From NCBI GenBank assembly GCA_009995545.1, contig JAACPI010000001.1:115698-179697 (forward strand): DNA of 64,000 bases, given 5' to 3'. A program made the translations under genes and the position numbers. Positions 50,625-60,408 of this stretch are shown here, piece after piece; the first letter of the stretch is position 1, and each line of letters starts with the position of its first letter. The notes under the pieces were generated by a model, which did not search any database, was not told the origin of the DNA, and was given only the letters and a program-made list of their open reading frames with translations. The stretch is from a bacterium. Its GTDB lineage: Bacteria > Patescibacteriota > WWE3 > 2-01-FULL-39-13 > JAACPI01.

Positions 50625-50660
50625 GTTCCGGGGGCCTTTCGTTCCCGGAACTTTAAGTTT
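50625..50660 (+). terminator. Rho-independent terminator after the major pilin gene
   Basis: GTTCCGGG-(11-nt loop)-CCCGGAAC, an 8-bp GC-rich stem, followed by TTTAAGTTTT. Confidence 0.55.
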
Positions 50661-50782
50661 TCCTACTATATCTAGTTTCTAAACTAGCTTGGTAAGTTCA
50701 AAAGTGCTTTTTGTTCCAACCTTGTTATTTTTTTTTGATTAATATTCTGTATCCAAAATTCTAAATCCTATATACTAACCCC

Positions 50783-51673
50783 ATGCTTTATTTGTTACCT
50801 GCTTTTATATTTGGTACTGCACTGGGGTCATTTATAAATATGGCGGTTTATCGTTTAAATAAAAATCAGGGCTTTGGTGGTAGGTCATACTGCGATTACT
50901 GTAAAAAGACACTGAGTACAACGGCCCTAATCCCATTTTTTTCCTATTTTTTACTAAAAGGTAAGTCTAATTGTTGCAATAAAAAACTTTCTAAAGAATG
51001 TGTGTTTGTGGAGTTTATGAGTGGTATTTTTATATTTGTTATATCTTTGTATTTTTTAGGTTACCTAAACAGTTTTGGTGTGGTCCCCTTTTATTCTTTT
51101 AATAAGTCTATTTTAATAGGTTATTTTTTGTTTTATTCAAGTATTTTTGTAATTTTAGCAACTATATTTATTTACGATTTAAAATTTATGGTGGTTCCGA
51201 TGTTTTTTGTATACTGGGGATATGCTCTTGTGGCTGCCTTTAAGATTGTTGAATACTTTTTGTACAGAACTTATCTTGTTAATTCTCTGTCGTCGACAAC
51301 CCTGGGAAAATATATCTTACAAACAGACTATTTAAATAACAGATTAAATTTTTTTATTCAGGATAACATGTGGAGTTTATTAGTAGCCTCCGGTATTGCC
51401 TTATTCTTTATTTTTTTGGTATTTATTACTAAAGGTAAAGGAATGGGTGTTGGTGATATTTTTGTAGCTCCTTTATTATCGTTCTTACTCCCATACCCCA
51501 ATGCTGTTTTATACGTATTTTTATCGTTTATTATCGGTGGGATTTTTGGGTCTTTTTTGCTTTTATTTACAAAAGCAGGTAGAAAAACAGCTGTTCCATT
51601 TGTGCCTTTTTTAATTATTGGGTATCTATTTGCACTAATTTTTGGAGATGCTATTATTAGTTTATTAGTGTAA
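50783..51673 (+). CDS. pilD: Prepilin peptidase PilD (A24 family)
   Basis: N-terminal zinc motif 'CDYCKK…CCNKK', polytopic membrane domain, 'DIFVAPLLSF…GGIFG'. Confidence 0.85.
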   Translation: MLYLLPAFIFGTALGSFINMAVYRLNKNQGFGGRSYCDYCKKTLSTTALIPFFSYFLLKGKSNCCNKKLSKECVFVEFMSGIFIFVISLYFLGYLNSFGVVPFYSFNKSILIGYFLFYSSIFVILATIFIYDLKFMVVPMFFVYWGYALVAAFKIVEYFLYRTYLVNSLSSTTLGKYILQTDYLNNRLNFFIQDNMWSLLVASGIALFFIFLVFITKGKGMGVGDIFVAPLLSFLLPYPNAVLYVFLSFIIGGIFGSFLLLFTKAGRKTAVPFVPFLIIGYLFALIFGDAIISLLV

Positions 51674-51703
51674 GACTATTAATATAAATTTTGTCCAACT
51701 GCC

Positions 51704-52102
51704 ATGTTTAAATCAAAATCCCAAGGATTCACACTTATTGAACTTTTAATTGTTATTGCTATTTTAGGTATGCTTATGGTAGTTGTTTTAGTTTTAATAA
51801 ACCCCGCCAAAGTATTAGACAAATCTAGAACAAAAACGGCAGCTACAGTTGCTGCTAAGATCTGTACGGCTGTTCAGGTTTGCCAGGTTAACGCCGCTGA
51901 TGGAATCTGTAATGCTGCCGGTCTTACGGCTGCAACGCCAGCTAATGTACCCAATGGTATAACTTCTATGGTGGCTGCAGACAATCTTATAACAGTAAAA
52001 ACACCACAGTCTACAGGTATCAAAAATTGTACTGTTACATGTGTTCCTAACGTTGGTGAAATAGTATTCCTTGCAGATGCTACAAGTGCTTGTACTCAGT
52101 AA
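51704..52102 (+). CDS. Prepilin-type (pseudo)pilin, Cys-rich
   Basis: 'MFKSKSQG|FTLIELLIVIAILGML'. Confidence 0.75.
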   Translation: MFKSKSQGFTLIELLIVIAILGMLMVVVLVLINPAKVLDKSRTKTAATVAAKICTAVQVCQVNAADGICNAAGLTAATPANVPNGITSMVAADNLITVKTPQSTGIKNCTVTCVPNVGEIVFLADATSACTQ

Positions 52103-52107
52103 TTTTA

Positions 52108-52494
52108 ATGAAAAAAAGCGCTTTTACACTAATTGAATTGTTGATAGCCTTTACAATTTTAGGTCTTTTAACCAGTACGATAATACTTCTTATAAAACCT
52201 CAAGAGATGAGAAATAGAGCACAAGATGCGGTTAGAAAACAAGATATTAGTGTAATCGCCGGATCCTTAGAAAGATACTACGCAGACAATAATAAATACC
52301 CTGCTAGCTTACCTGTGTCACCAAATTCCTTTGCAGCAAATAGTATTACTTATCTTAAGGTTATGCCTAAAGATCCAGACGGTGCTGTTGGTTATGTTTA
52401 TTCCCAAACTACCAACCAGGATTTTAGTATCTGTACCACCTTAGAAGTACCTGGTAGTGAAACTAATCCTTTTTGTATAAAGAACGCTTTTTAA
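52108..52494 (+). CDS. Prepilin-type minor pilin
   Basis: 'MKKSA|FTLIELLIAFTILGLL'; start trimmed from 52090. Confidence 0.7.
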   Translation: MKKSAFTLIELLIAFTILGLLTSTIILLIKPQEMRNRAQDAVRKQDISVIAGSLERYYADNNKYPASLPVSPNSFAANSITYLKVMPKDPDGAVGYVYSQTTNQDFSICTTLEVPGSETNPFCIKNAF

Positions 52495-52505
52495 TTAAAG
52501 TAAAA

Positions 52506-52988
52506 ATGTTTAAGTCTAAATATTTTGCCTTTACCCTTTTAGAACTTTTATTTGTAATTGCCCTGCTTAGTATTTTAAGCGGAGTAACTTATTTAATAAT
52601 CAATCCAAAAAAACAATTAGCAAAATCTAGAGACGCTCAACGGCTTGCGGATATCGCCACACTAGTTACTGCTATTCAGGAATATAATTCAGAACATGGT
52701 ACCTTTCCTGACGATGCAGAGGTTACTCGAGTTAGTAATCAACTCGCAGTAGGAGACAACTTATATTTATCTACGGGTAGTTGGATAAACGTTAATCTTT
52801 CTGAATTTTTGCCTAAAATTGTGATTGATCCCTTAAATACAGGGCAATATGTTTATAGATACCAGCACAATAATATTGGTTACGAGGTAGATACTACGTT
52901 CGAAAATTATAGTACTAAGCAAATAGAAGACGGGGGTAATAACGCAAATAAGTTTGAACTTGGCACAGACTTAACTATATTGGATTAG
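52506..52988 (+). CDS. Prepilin-type minor pilin
   Basis: 'MFKSKYFA|FTLLELLFVIALLSIL'; start trimmed from 52473. Confidence 0.7.
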   Translation: MFKSKYFAFTLLELLFVIALLSILSGVTYLIINPKKQLAKSRDAQRLADIATLVTAIQEYNSEHGTFPDDAEVTRVSNQLAVGDNLYLSTGSWINVNLSEFLPKIVIDPLNTGQYVYRYQHNNIGYEVDTTFENYSTKQIEDGGNNANKFELGTDLTILD

Positions 52989-53131
52989 TTAATTCAGTGT
53001 AATTGGTAATGAGGTGTTTTAAATATTCATGTCCGGTTAGTTTAAATAAATTCTAAATCTTGTATTCAATATCTGTCCTTTTTAACACTCCCCTATTCAT
53101 AAACAAGTTAAAATGCTCTACAATATAAGTA

Positions 53132-53641
53132 ATGCCAAACTCATTTTATTCGAATAGCTTAGGTTTTACTTTAATAGAACTTTTAATAACTATTTCTATT
53201 ATGGCTATACTGTCTGCTATGGTTTTTCCTGGTTTTGCAGGATTTGCCGATAATCAACAGGTACAACAACAAACTTTAAACGTAGTCTCCGACGCAGAAA
53301 TTTCCAAAAACAAAGCTTTAGCTGGAGCCTACTCTACTGGATCTACTACTAAGTCTGCTTACTGGGGAATTATTTTTTGTAGCAATAGTAATAATGACGA
53401 ATATACTTTAACTGCTTTCGACGACACCGGATCTCCTTTAACTGGAATTTCTACTTCAGATACTAAACTTGTAAAGCTTCAAGGTGGGGTGTCATTTAAT
53501 TGTGGTACTACAGAAAAAAGTTGGGTGTTCGAAAGATTAACAGGGGCACCTTTTTTAGACGAGGGGGATGTTAAAATCAGTAAAGGGACCCGGGCAAGAA
53601 CTATATTATTGGAGCCCTCCGGTGCTATTTCCATACAATGA
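53132..53641 (+). CDS. Prepilin-type minor pilin
   Basis: '…SNSLG|FTLIELLITISIMAIL'. Confidence 0.7.
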   Translation: MPNSFYSNSLGFTLIELLITISIMAILSAMVFPGFAGFADNQQVQQQTLNVVSDAEISKNKALAGAYSTGSTTKSAYWGIIFCSNSNNDEYTLTAFDDTGSPLTGISTSDTKLVKLQGGVSFNCGTTEKSWVFERLTGAPFLDEGDVKISKGTRARTILLEPSGAISIQ

Positions 53642-53642
53642 T

Positions 53643-54089
53643 ATGTTTATAAAAAAGTATAAAGCACAAACTTTAGTTGAGGTTACAATGTCTATAGGAA
53701 TTGCAGTTATTGTAATTGTGGCTTTAGTAGTTTTAGCAACTAGTGCCCTTCGAAATGCACAAGAATCTTTACGTAAAAGTGAAAGTAGTAAGTTTGCTAA
53801 TGCAGGTATAGAAGCAGTTATTTTTTATAAGAATGTAAAGGGCTTTTCCGGAGTAGCTGGTGGAAATTATCAAATAGATAATGCCGGGGGAACTTCCGTT
53901 TTAACCCCTGTATCTACTCCAATAGACGGATTTGTAACTATAGCATCCCCCAGTGGGTTAGTATACCAAAGAAAAATTGAAGTTACTAAAGCCGGCACAA
54001 CAATGGATGTTACAAGCACTGTTAGGTGGGAAAGTACCCAAGGTACTAAGCAATCGCAAGTTAACCGAAAAATTACAGATTGGCGATGA
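53643..54089 (+). CDS. Prepilin-like minor pilin (degenerate signal)
   Basis: 'MFIKKYKA|QTLVEVTMSIGIAVIVIVALVV' with Glu at +5; start trimmed from 53568. Confidence 0.55.
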   Translation: MFIKKYKAQTLVEVTMSIGIAVIVIVALVVLATSALRNAQESLRKSESSKFANAGIEAVIFYKNVKGFSGVAGGNYQIDNAGGTSVLTPVSTPIDGFVTIASPSGLVYQRKIEVTKAGTTMDVTSTVRWESTQGTKQSQVNRKITDWR

Positions 54090-54649
54090 AAAATATAAAT
54101 AACAAAAAACGAGGTTTTACTTTAGTCGAGTTACTACTTTCGATCGGAATTATGGGTATAGTTGTAGGTATTCTAGGAGATGTTTTTGCAACCGTGATTA
54201 GAGCATATCGACGTGCTGAGGTTTTCGGCTTAACTGAAAAAAATGGAAACTTTATATTAACTACAATTGAGCAAGACATTAGGGCTTCTATCGGTGTCAC
54301 TGTTGACGAAAGTACTAATAAAATTACTATTATTAAACCTACGTCATCTGGTACCGAGTCAATAGCATATCAGTTTACGTTTTGTAACGGCAGTGACAGT
54401 GGGGCTGTAACTAGAAATGGAAATGACTTACTTACTTCTGACAACCCTGTATCAAACTCCACTTTATACCTAGAGGCATTTCCAAACGGCAACCCTACAG
54501 GTTTAGAGCCTATAAAAAGAATAAATGATACAGCTAAATACGATATAGTTTATATATCTTTTGTTTTGTCAGATAAATGCGATCCTACTGTACAGAATAA
54601 CGAAGGGTACTATCAGACAGCTGTCAATTTACGGGGAGGTATACAGTAG
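54080..54649 (+). CDS. Prepilin-type minor pilin
   Basis: '…NNKKRG|FTLVELLLSIGIMGIVVGIL'. Confidence 0.7.
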   Translation: MAMKNINNKKRGFTLVELLLSIGIMGIVVGILGDVFATVIRAYRRAEVFGLTEKNGNFILTTIEQDIRASIGVTVDESTNKITIIKPTSSGTESIAYQFTFCNGSDSGAVTRNGNDLLTSDNPVSNSTLYLEAFPNGNPTGLEPIKRINDTAKYDIVYISFVLSDKCDPTVQNNEGYYQTAVNLRGGIQ

Positions 54650-54707
54650 TTTTAGTGACCTAAACACTTATTTAAAATGTAAAAATGTGTTAAATTTTTA
54701 TTAATCA

Positions 54708-55523
54708 ATGCCTAATATTTTATATCTTTTAAATCAAAAAAAACCTGCTTTTGCAACATTGGTTGCGGTTTCGATAGTTATGTTTACCTCACTACTGGTA
54801 GGTTTGGCAGTGTCTCAACGGGCTGGGTCGGGAATTCGCAGGTCTACTTATACTGGGCAAACAGATCAAGCTTTTTCTTGTGCTACTTCAGGTGTAGAGG
54901 ATGCCTTACTTTGTGTTACAGACAAAGAAAAAGCTGGCCAAGACCCTACAACTTGTGTAAAACCACCACAAGACTTAACCAGCTGTTCATATAGTTATAC
55001 TGTCTCTTCTCTTACGGATACTAGCATAACTATCGACTTATTAGAAAAAGACTCTGTACAACAGTTTAATGTGGCTGGTGATGCAAGTGTAAAAGTTACT
55101 TGGGGTGTAAATTCCTCGGGTGGAGAAAAGCCGGGTATTGAGATTTCTTATGTTTATAAAAATGGTACTGCTTTTGAAATGAAAAAGAGTGCTTATATTT
55201 GTAACGGTATTCCTAATACTTCCGATCACTCGCCTACCCCTACGGGTTTTACTAGTTCAACAGCGGTATCAGAAAAATGTAGTCAAACAATTACACTTGG
55301 TTCAACAAATTCTCCTGCAGTACTTAGAATAAGGCCATTTTTTTCTGATGTGAGCTTAACCGTAGGTGGCCTAAGTGGTTCGAATAGCCAGGGTTATAAA
55401 ATTAATTCACAAGGAACTGCGGGTACGGTTACTAGAAACATCGAGGTTTTACGAATGAACCCCCAGCTGCCAGCAATATTTGACTATGTTTTATACTCTG
55501 AAGAAGGTTCCATCACCAAGTAA
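54708..55523 (+). CDS. PilX/ComGG-like minor pilin (hydrophobic N-terminus, no Glu+5)
   Basis: '…NQKKPA|FATLVAVSIVMFTSLLVGLAV' followed by a Cys-containing globular domain. Confidence 0.5.
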   Translation: MPNILYLLNQKKPAFATLVAVSIVMFTSLLVGLAVSQRAGSGIRRSTYTGQTDQAFSCATSGVEDALLCVTDKEKAGQDPTTCVKPPQDLTSCSYSYTVSSLTDTSITIDLLEKDSVQQFNVAGDASVKVTWGVNSSGGEKPGIEISYVYKNGTAFEMKKSAYICNGIPNTSDHSPTPTGFTSSTAVSEKCSQTITLGSTNSPAVLRIRPFFSDVSLTVGGLSGSNSQGYKINSQGTAGTVTRNIEVLRMNPQLPAIFDYVLYSEEGSITK

Positions 55524-55529
55524 CAGGCT

Positions 55530-56159
55530 ATGAAATATATAAAAAACAAAAAGATATATGTTTTTATACCTGTTTCTATGGGTGTGTTATTTATTGTACT
55601 TGGATACTTATTTTTTGACTCTTATTTTTTAAAACAAAAGAAAGTCTCTCCACAAAATCCCTCCTTGGAGAATTCCAAAGAATACTCTAATTATAGTGAA
55701 GAATCTTTGTCTGTTTATGACAAGGTTATTGAACAATCTTTAACAGACTATTTTAATAAGAACTCAACAGATTCCCCTGTATCTTACTCTTCTAGGTCTC
55801 TTCCTCTTGAATACTTGCAAGATTTACCAAAAAAAGCCCGCTACAGTATACAAGGCACTGACTATGTTAGACATTTGGCCTACCTAAAGCAGGTGGTTAA
55901 AGAAGGTCAGCTTTATAAGTTTGATTTAGTGGGTGGGTATGTTGCGGATGTAAACTATAGCGACAAAGTAAAACTTCTAGATGCGGACTACGGTTTTGAC
56001 TCAGATAAAAATCTTGTCAGAAACGAGTTTTTTCCTGTCGATACTAAAAATATAAATCTTCTAAAAGTGGGTGCCCCTGTTTATCTAGTTTTTACAGAGG
56101 ATCAAGTAGATTCATTAACCTTATTCCCTACAGAAGTTGTAATACTAAACTATGAATAG
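55530..56159 (+). CDS. Membrane-anchored hypothetical protein in the pilus locus
   Basis: Single N-terminal TM helix ('IYVFIPVSMGVLFIVLGYLFF'); 209 aa. Confidence 0.45.
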   Translation: MKYIKNKKIYVFIPVSMGVLFIVLGYLFFDSYFLKQKKVSPQNPSLENSKEYSNYSEESLSVYDKVIEQSLTDYFNKNSTDSPVSYSSRSLPLEYLQDLPKKARYSIQGTDYVRHLAYLKQVVKEGQLYKFDLVGGYVADVNYSDKVKLLDADYGFDSDKNLVRNEFFPVDTKNINLLKVGAPVYLVFTEDQVDSLTLFPTEVVILNYE

Positions 56160-59100
56160 AACCTTATTTTTAACATTATTTATTTTGCCGTTGGTTTTTT
56201 TATCTGTGAAAAATAAACCGGTTAACGCCGGAATTTCGTGTGGTTGGGAGTGTAGCGGTACTAGTTATAGTTGTAAAGATGCTAACGGTACAACGGAAAC
56301 TAGGGATACTACTTGTTCTGATGGTTCTCCTGGAACCTGTGTGGATACTTGTACCGGCAGTATAAGTGGTGCGGAGAAAGAATGCGGTGGTAAGAAGGTA
56401 AGCGTGTCCTGCAGTTCTGCAACTAAGTCTTCTACAGGATGTTGTGGTGGGGGTGGTATTACTACCTCAAACCCTCCGGAAGGTTTTTTAGATATAGCTA
56501 GTTGTACTAACTTAAAACTTCGTACAGTTGGTTGGGCGAAAGACAGAGATGTGCCTGATAAAGTCAAGGTTGATATCTACCTTGACGGTACTGATCCCTC
56601 TAATAAAGTAGCTACTCTAACCTCAGATCAGTTTAGACAGAGTCTTCATGATGGGGGTTACGGAGACGTTCAATTTAGTGGCGATAATCTTAAAACTCTT
56701 ACAGTTGGTACCCACCAACTTCGTGCTAAAGCAAAAGACCCAAACGGTACTGAAGATAACTGGCTTTTTTGTGGCGCAAATAACCCCAATTGTAAGGGCG
56801 GTACTGACTTAGGCGGGTGGGTAGTTGGTGGTTACTTGGAATTTACATGCGACTCCCCTATAGATACGGAGGCTCCTGCATGTGGAACTATTACGGTTAC
56901 CCCTACACCTCCGGTTAGTTCTGGTAGTGTAACAATAACTGCTACTGCTACAGACAACGTGGCTGTTACCCGTGGCGGTCTTTATGTATTAGAGCCAAAT
57001 GGTAATAATGCTGAGTTATACTCTAACAATAATCCTAGCTCTGGTAGTTTAAGTAAGGTTTGGACAACCCCCTCAACTGACGGCAGCTACCATATTCAAG
57101 CTAATTGGTATGATGCCGCTGGAAACTTTAAACAATGCCCTTACGATTTTGTAATAGACAAAACTCCCCCGGTGTGTGGCCCAATAACTTTTACACCAGA
57201 TGTAAATAATTCTAAAAAAGTAATAATTAAAGGAAGAGCAAGTGATAGTGGCTCCGGTCTTGTACGGGGAGGTCTATACGTAGGAACTTCTCCAGGAAGT
57301 GGTAGTGCTAACTACCCTATTATTCCCAATACCTATACTTTTGGACCTCAGGCTAATGGGGAAATTTCCGAAGAGTGGGATACAACATCCTTGCCCCAAG
57401 GAAAGTACGCAGTTGCATTTAATTGGTGGGATGCCGCCGATAATGGTGATTCTGCAACCTACGCGGGTAATCACCCAGGAAACTTTGTTCAATGTAGATC
57501 AGAATATAATGTAGCTCCCCCAGTTCCGGACTGTGTTGGTTTAAAGGTTTACGATGCAGATTTTAACCCTGTAGCATCTAACAAGCTAATCTCAGGTGAG
57601 GAGTATTACTCACTCGTCACCGCAGATCCCGGGCCTTACGCCAAGCAAGTAGATACTGTTGGGGTGAGCGTACTAGATTCTGCTCTGTCCTTTGTGCCAA
57701 ATAATTACAACCCTAATGTTAACGATGTAAATAAACAAGTATGTACTACTAAAAATATTGGTTATTATACCTCTAAATTTGGGTATAACCTTACTAAGGT
57801 AGAATCTAGATATGTAGGCCCTATAAAATTTGATAATCCTGGAACTTACTCTCTATACGGTAGGGTTTGGAACGACAGTATTTCTGAGTGTAAGTCCGCT
57901 TGTGTCGACGGGCCTCCCAGGTATTTATGCAATCAGGGCCAGAGTGTTTGTAAATCTGAGGTTACGGTTACAGATCTGCCTACCCCTAATGATTTAAGCT
58001 GTGAGAGTATAACCTCAAACCCTCTTGGACCGGTTTTAGCTACCGACTCAACCTCTTCTTTGGAATTAGTAGTAAATAACTTCACTAATCAAGTTGGTTT
58101 TTATAATTGGAGTGCTCAAGCGGGATCGATTTCTACTCTACAAGATCCTAACTGTGCACCGGGAAGCCCTACCTGCAATCTTCCGGTTGGAAATAGAGTT
58201 TTAAGTGGTGCTGTGTATAGTACTCCTACAAATATAAAAGGTTCATCTGTTATTGATACTATAACTTTTAGTGCCACTGCTAATTCTAAAACCGTAAACT
58301 GTACAAAACAATTTAAAGTATGCTCCCCTATAAATGTGGTGTTATCGTTTGATCCGCCTGAGGTGAATTTTGTTAAGGGGGAGAGTTTTGAAATTTTTGT
58401 TAATTCAAGCATTAAAGATTTTAGTAATGTAAACACGTATCCAGATTTTGATTATGAACTCCTCCTAAATTGCCCCACGGGAGTTAGCTGTGTTTTTGAA
58501 AACGGTACCACAAGTAACGTAGTAAAATTTTCCATATTAAATGGCAATACATTTAGTTCTAAAGTAATTGTTAATTCGGCTAATGCGGCTAGTGGACTAT
58601 TGACAGTGGTTGGTAATTCTTTAGATAATAGTCTTTGTCTGGAAAATCCCAATAATACTGTCAGCGCTCCTTTAGAAGTTTCCGGTACCTTTGATATTGA
58701 CTTGAAGGTTGAAAAAGTTGATACAAGTAATGCCCTGAGTCCTTCAAGTGAATATTGTAAAAACGGGGTTAGCCGAAATACTTATAGTGACAATTTAGAG
58801 CTGAAAGTATCTAAATACACCTTGTCTGGAATCTTTAGGGATAGTACCTCCGCTGGGCTGAAAAATGGCAGTAAGTTTCCAAACCTTGTCTTTGGTTTTG
58901 ACTACCAGATCTCTGCTTCGCTAGCTGGAAATACTGGATTAGAGGTAAAATGTATTAAAAGTGACTACGAAAATGTCTCGGGTAATCAGATTTCTCTTTT
59001 AAATAAAAATCTTGATACCACTAAAACTTCAACACCTTTGTTAGTAGTTGTAGGTCCCCCTACGCCAGATTCTTGGTTTCAGGCACTAGGTGGTTCTGTT

Positions 59101-59739
59101 TTTTCTTTTGGGGATATAAAATCTGCGGTTCCGGATAACAAAGGAAAGTTTTTGGACAGCTATTCGAATGTTTCCTCTGGGGTGCTAATTGCTGGAAACG
59201 ATATAAATCCCCCTGTGGATACCTCTAAACAGTCGGACAGGGTAGTTAAAAGTTATCCGAGTGTATCTAAACCCAGCTTAAAAAACTTGGCAAAATTATT
59301 TACGGCAAATTCCAATTCTTCAAATCTTTCTGACATAGACTTTGATGCTACAAAAACTAAGTTTTATTTTATTGACGGTGATTTAGACTTTGATAATAAC
59401 GATGAATTTGAGGCTAAAAAGGGCTATGTACCGGTTGTATTTGTAAACGGTGATGTGAATATCTCTGGAGAGGTTAAACGTTTAGATTCTTATATATTTG
59501 CAAAAGGTAAGATAACGATTAACTCCAATATTAAAGACCCCTCGGATAGTGAGGTTAATATTATAGTTAACGGGGCTCTAATAGCCAAAAACATAGAGTT
59601 TGGAAAACTTCCCTTTTTACTTTCCACAGACCCTTCAGAAAAAATTCAGTTTACACCTAATATATTTCTGGGTGCCACTTCAGATATTTTAGGATTTCCT
59701 GCTCACGAGGTTAAGATATATGTAAAAAACATTGATTAA
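56152..59739 (+). CDS. Giant (1195 aa) secreted Cys-rich protein with internal about 100-aa repeat domains and a beta-helix-like C-terminus; candidate pilus-associated adhesin
   Basis: Signal peptide 'MNRTLFLTLFILPLVFLSVKNKPVNA'. Cys-rich N-terminus. Duplicated 'VTRGGLYV…WYDAAGN…PPVCGPITFTP' and 'LVRGGLYV…WWDAADN…PPVPDC' modules. Embedded between the minor pilins and pilMNO. Confidence 0.6.
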   Translation: MNRTLFLTLFILPLVFLSVKNKPVNAGISCGWECSGTSYSCKDANGTTETRDTTCSDGSPGTCVDTCTGSISGAEKECGGKKVSVSCSSATKSSTGCCGGGGITTSNPPEGFLDIASCTNLKLRTVGWAKDRDVPDKVKVDIYLDGTDPSNKVATLTSDQFRQSLHDGGYGDVQFSGDNLKTLTVGTHQLRAKAKDPNGTEDNWLFCGANNPNCKGGTDLGGWVVGGYLEFTCDSPIDTEAPACGTITVTPTPPVSSGSVTITATATDNVAVTRGGLYVLEPNGNNAELYSNNNPSSGSLSKVWTTPSTDGSYHIQANWYDAAGNFKQCPYDFVIDKTPPVCGPITFTPDVNNSKKVIIKGRASDSGSGLVRGGLYVGTSPGSGSANYPIIPNTYTFGPQANGEISEEWDTTSLPQGKYAVAFNWWDAADNGDSATYAGNHPGNFVQCRSEYNVAPPVPDCVGLKVYDADFNPVASNKLISGEEYYSLVTADPGPYAKQVDTVGVSVLDSALSFVPNNYNPNVNDVNKQVCTTKNIGYYTSKFGYNLTKVESRYVGPIKFDNPGTYSLYGRVWNDSISECKSACVDGPPRYLCNQGQSVCKSEVTVTDLPTPNDLSCESITSNPLGPVLATDSTSSLELVVNNFTNQVGFYNWSAQAGSISTLQDPNCAPGSPTCNLPVGNRVLSGAVYSTPTNIKGSSVIDTITFSATANSKTVNCTKQFKVCSPINVVLSFDPPEVNFVKGESFEIFVNSSIKDFSNVNTYPDFDYELLLNCPTGVSCVFENGTTSNVVKFSILNGNTFSSKVIVNSANAASGLLTVVGNSLDNSLCLENPNNTVSAPLEVSGTFDIDLKVEKVDTSNALSPSSEYCKNGVSRNTYSDNLELKVSKYTLSGIFRDSTSAGLKNGSKFPNLVFGFDYQISASLAGNTGLEVKCIKSDYENVSGNQISLLNKNLDTTKTSTPLLVVVGPPTPDSWFQALGGSVFSFGDIKSAVPDNKGKFLDSYSNVSSGVLIAGNDINPPVDTSKQSDRVVKSYPSVSKPSLKNLAKLFTANSNSSNLSDIDFDATKTKFYFIDGDLDFDNNDEFEAKKGYVPVVFVNGDVNISGEVKRLDSYIFAKGKITINSNIKDPSDSEVNIIVNGALIAKNIEFGKLPFLLSTDPSEKIQFTPNIFLGATSDILGFPAHEVKIYVKNID

Positions 59740-60168
59740 ATGACCTTTAAGCAAAAAATATTAAGAATCGTTAAACCCACTTTAAAATTTGTAATGTTAG
59801 TGCTTTTTATATCTTTTTTGGCCCTTCCGGTTATCCAGAAATACAAGGTTAGTAATTCTGGTGTATTTTTGCAAAATAACTTTGACGTTTTAAATTTATC
59901 CAAAGATGCAAAGGTTAATCAAATATATGAGGTATCCCTGTTACAAGATTCCGTGGAACCAGAATCTATCTATTTATATTCGGGAGATGTTATTAGATTT
60001 ATTAATAAACAAGACTCAGAAGTGACTATACTTATAAATGGTAATCAGGCTGTAGTCAATCCTTCTAAAGACTATTTTAGTATCTTTGATACTCCCGGAG
60101 TCTTTAAAGTAGGAGTTAATTATAAACGTATTCCAAAAACTTTTAGTGTGGAGGTGCATGTTAAATAG
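59740..60168 (+). CDS. Small membrane-anchored hypothetical protein, translationally coupled to the giant protein
   Basis: ATG immediately follows the upstream TAA. N-terminal TM helix. Confidence 0.45.
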   Translation: MTFKQKILRIVKPTLKFVMLVLFISFLALPVIQKYKVSNSGVFLQNNFDVLNLSKDAKVNQIYEVSLLQDSVEPESIYLYSGDVIRFINKQDSEVTILINGNQAVVNPSKDYFSIFDTPGVFKVGVNYKRIPKTFSVEVHVK

Positions 60169-60408
60169 GACTTTGGCCCTTCCTAAATCACCCCCCTTTC
60201 GCTAAAAAACTTTACTTAACCCAAAATTGGGGGTATAGCTAAAATTTATTGGGAGTAATTTCAAAATTAAATCCGTTACTTTAGGTTTTGAGTTAGATAT
60301 GATATGTTCTATACTTGTATATAGATTTAGCTAATGCAAAGTAAAGTAATTATTTTTTTGTAAATTTTTGGTTTGTTTTACAGAAGCTATACTATATAAC
60401 CACCTGCT

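Noticed and set aside
56265-58652. Several 66-106-aa minus- or plus-strand ORFs inside the 1195-aa protein gene
   Set aside because: All lie within a single long ORF that has a signal peptide and repeat-domain structure.
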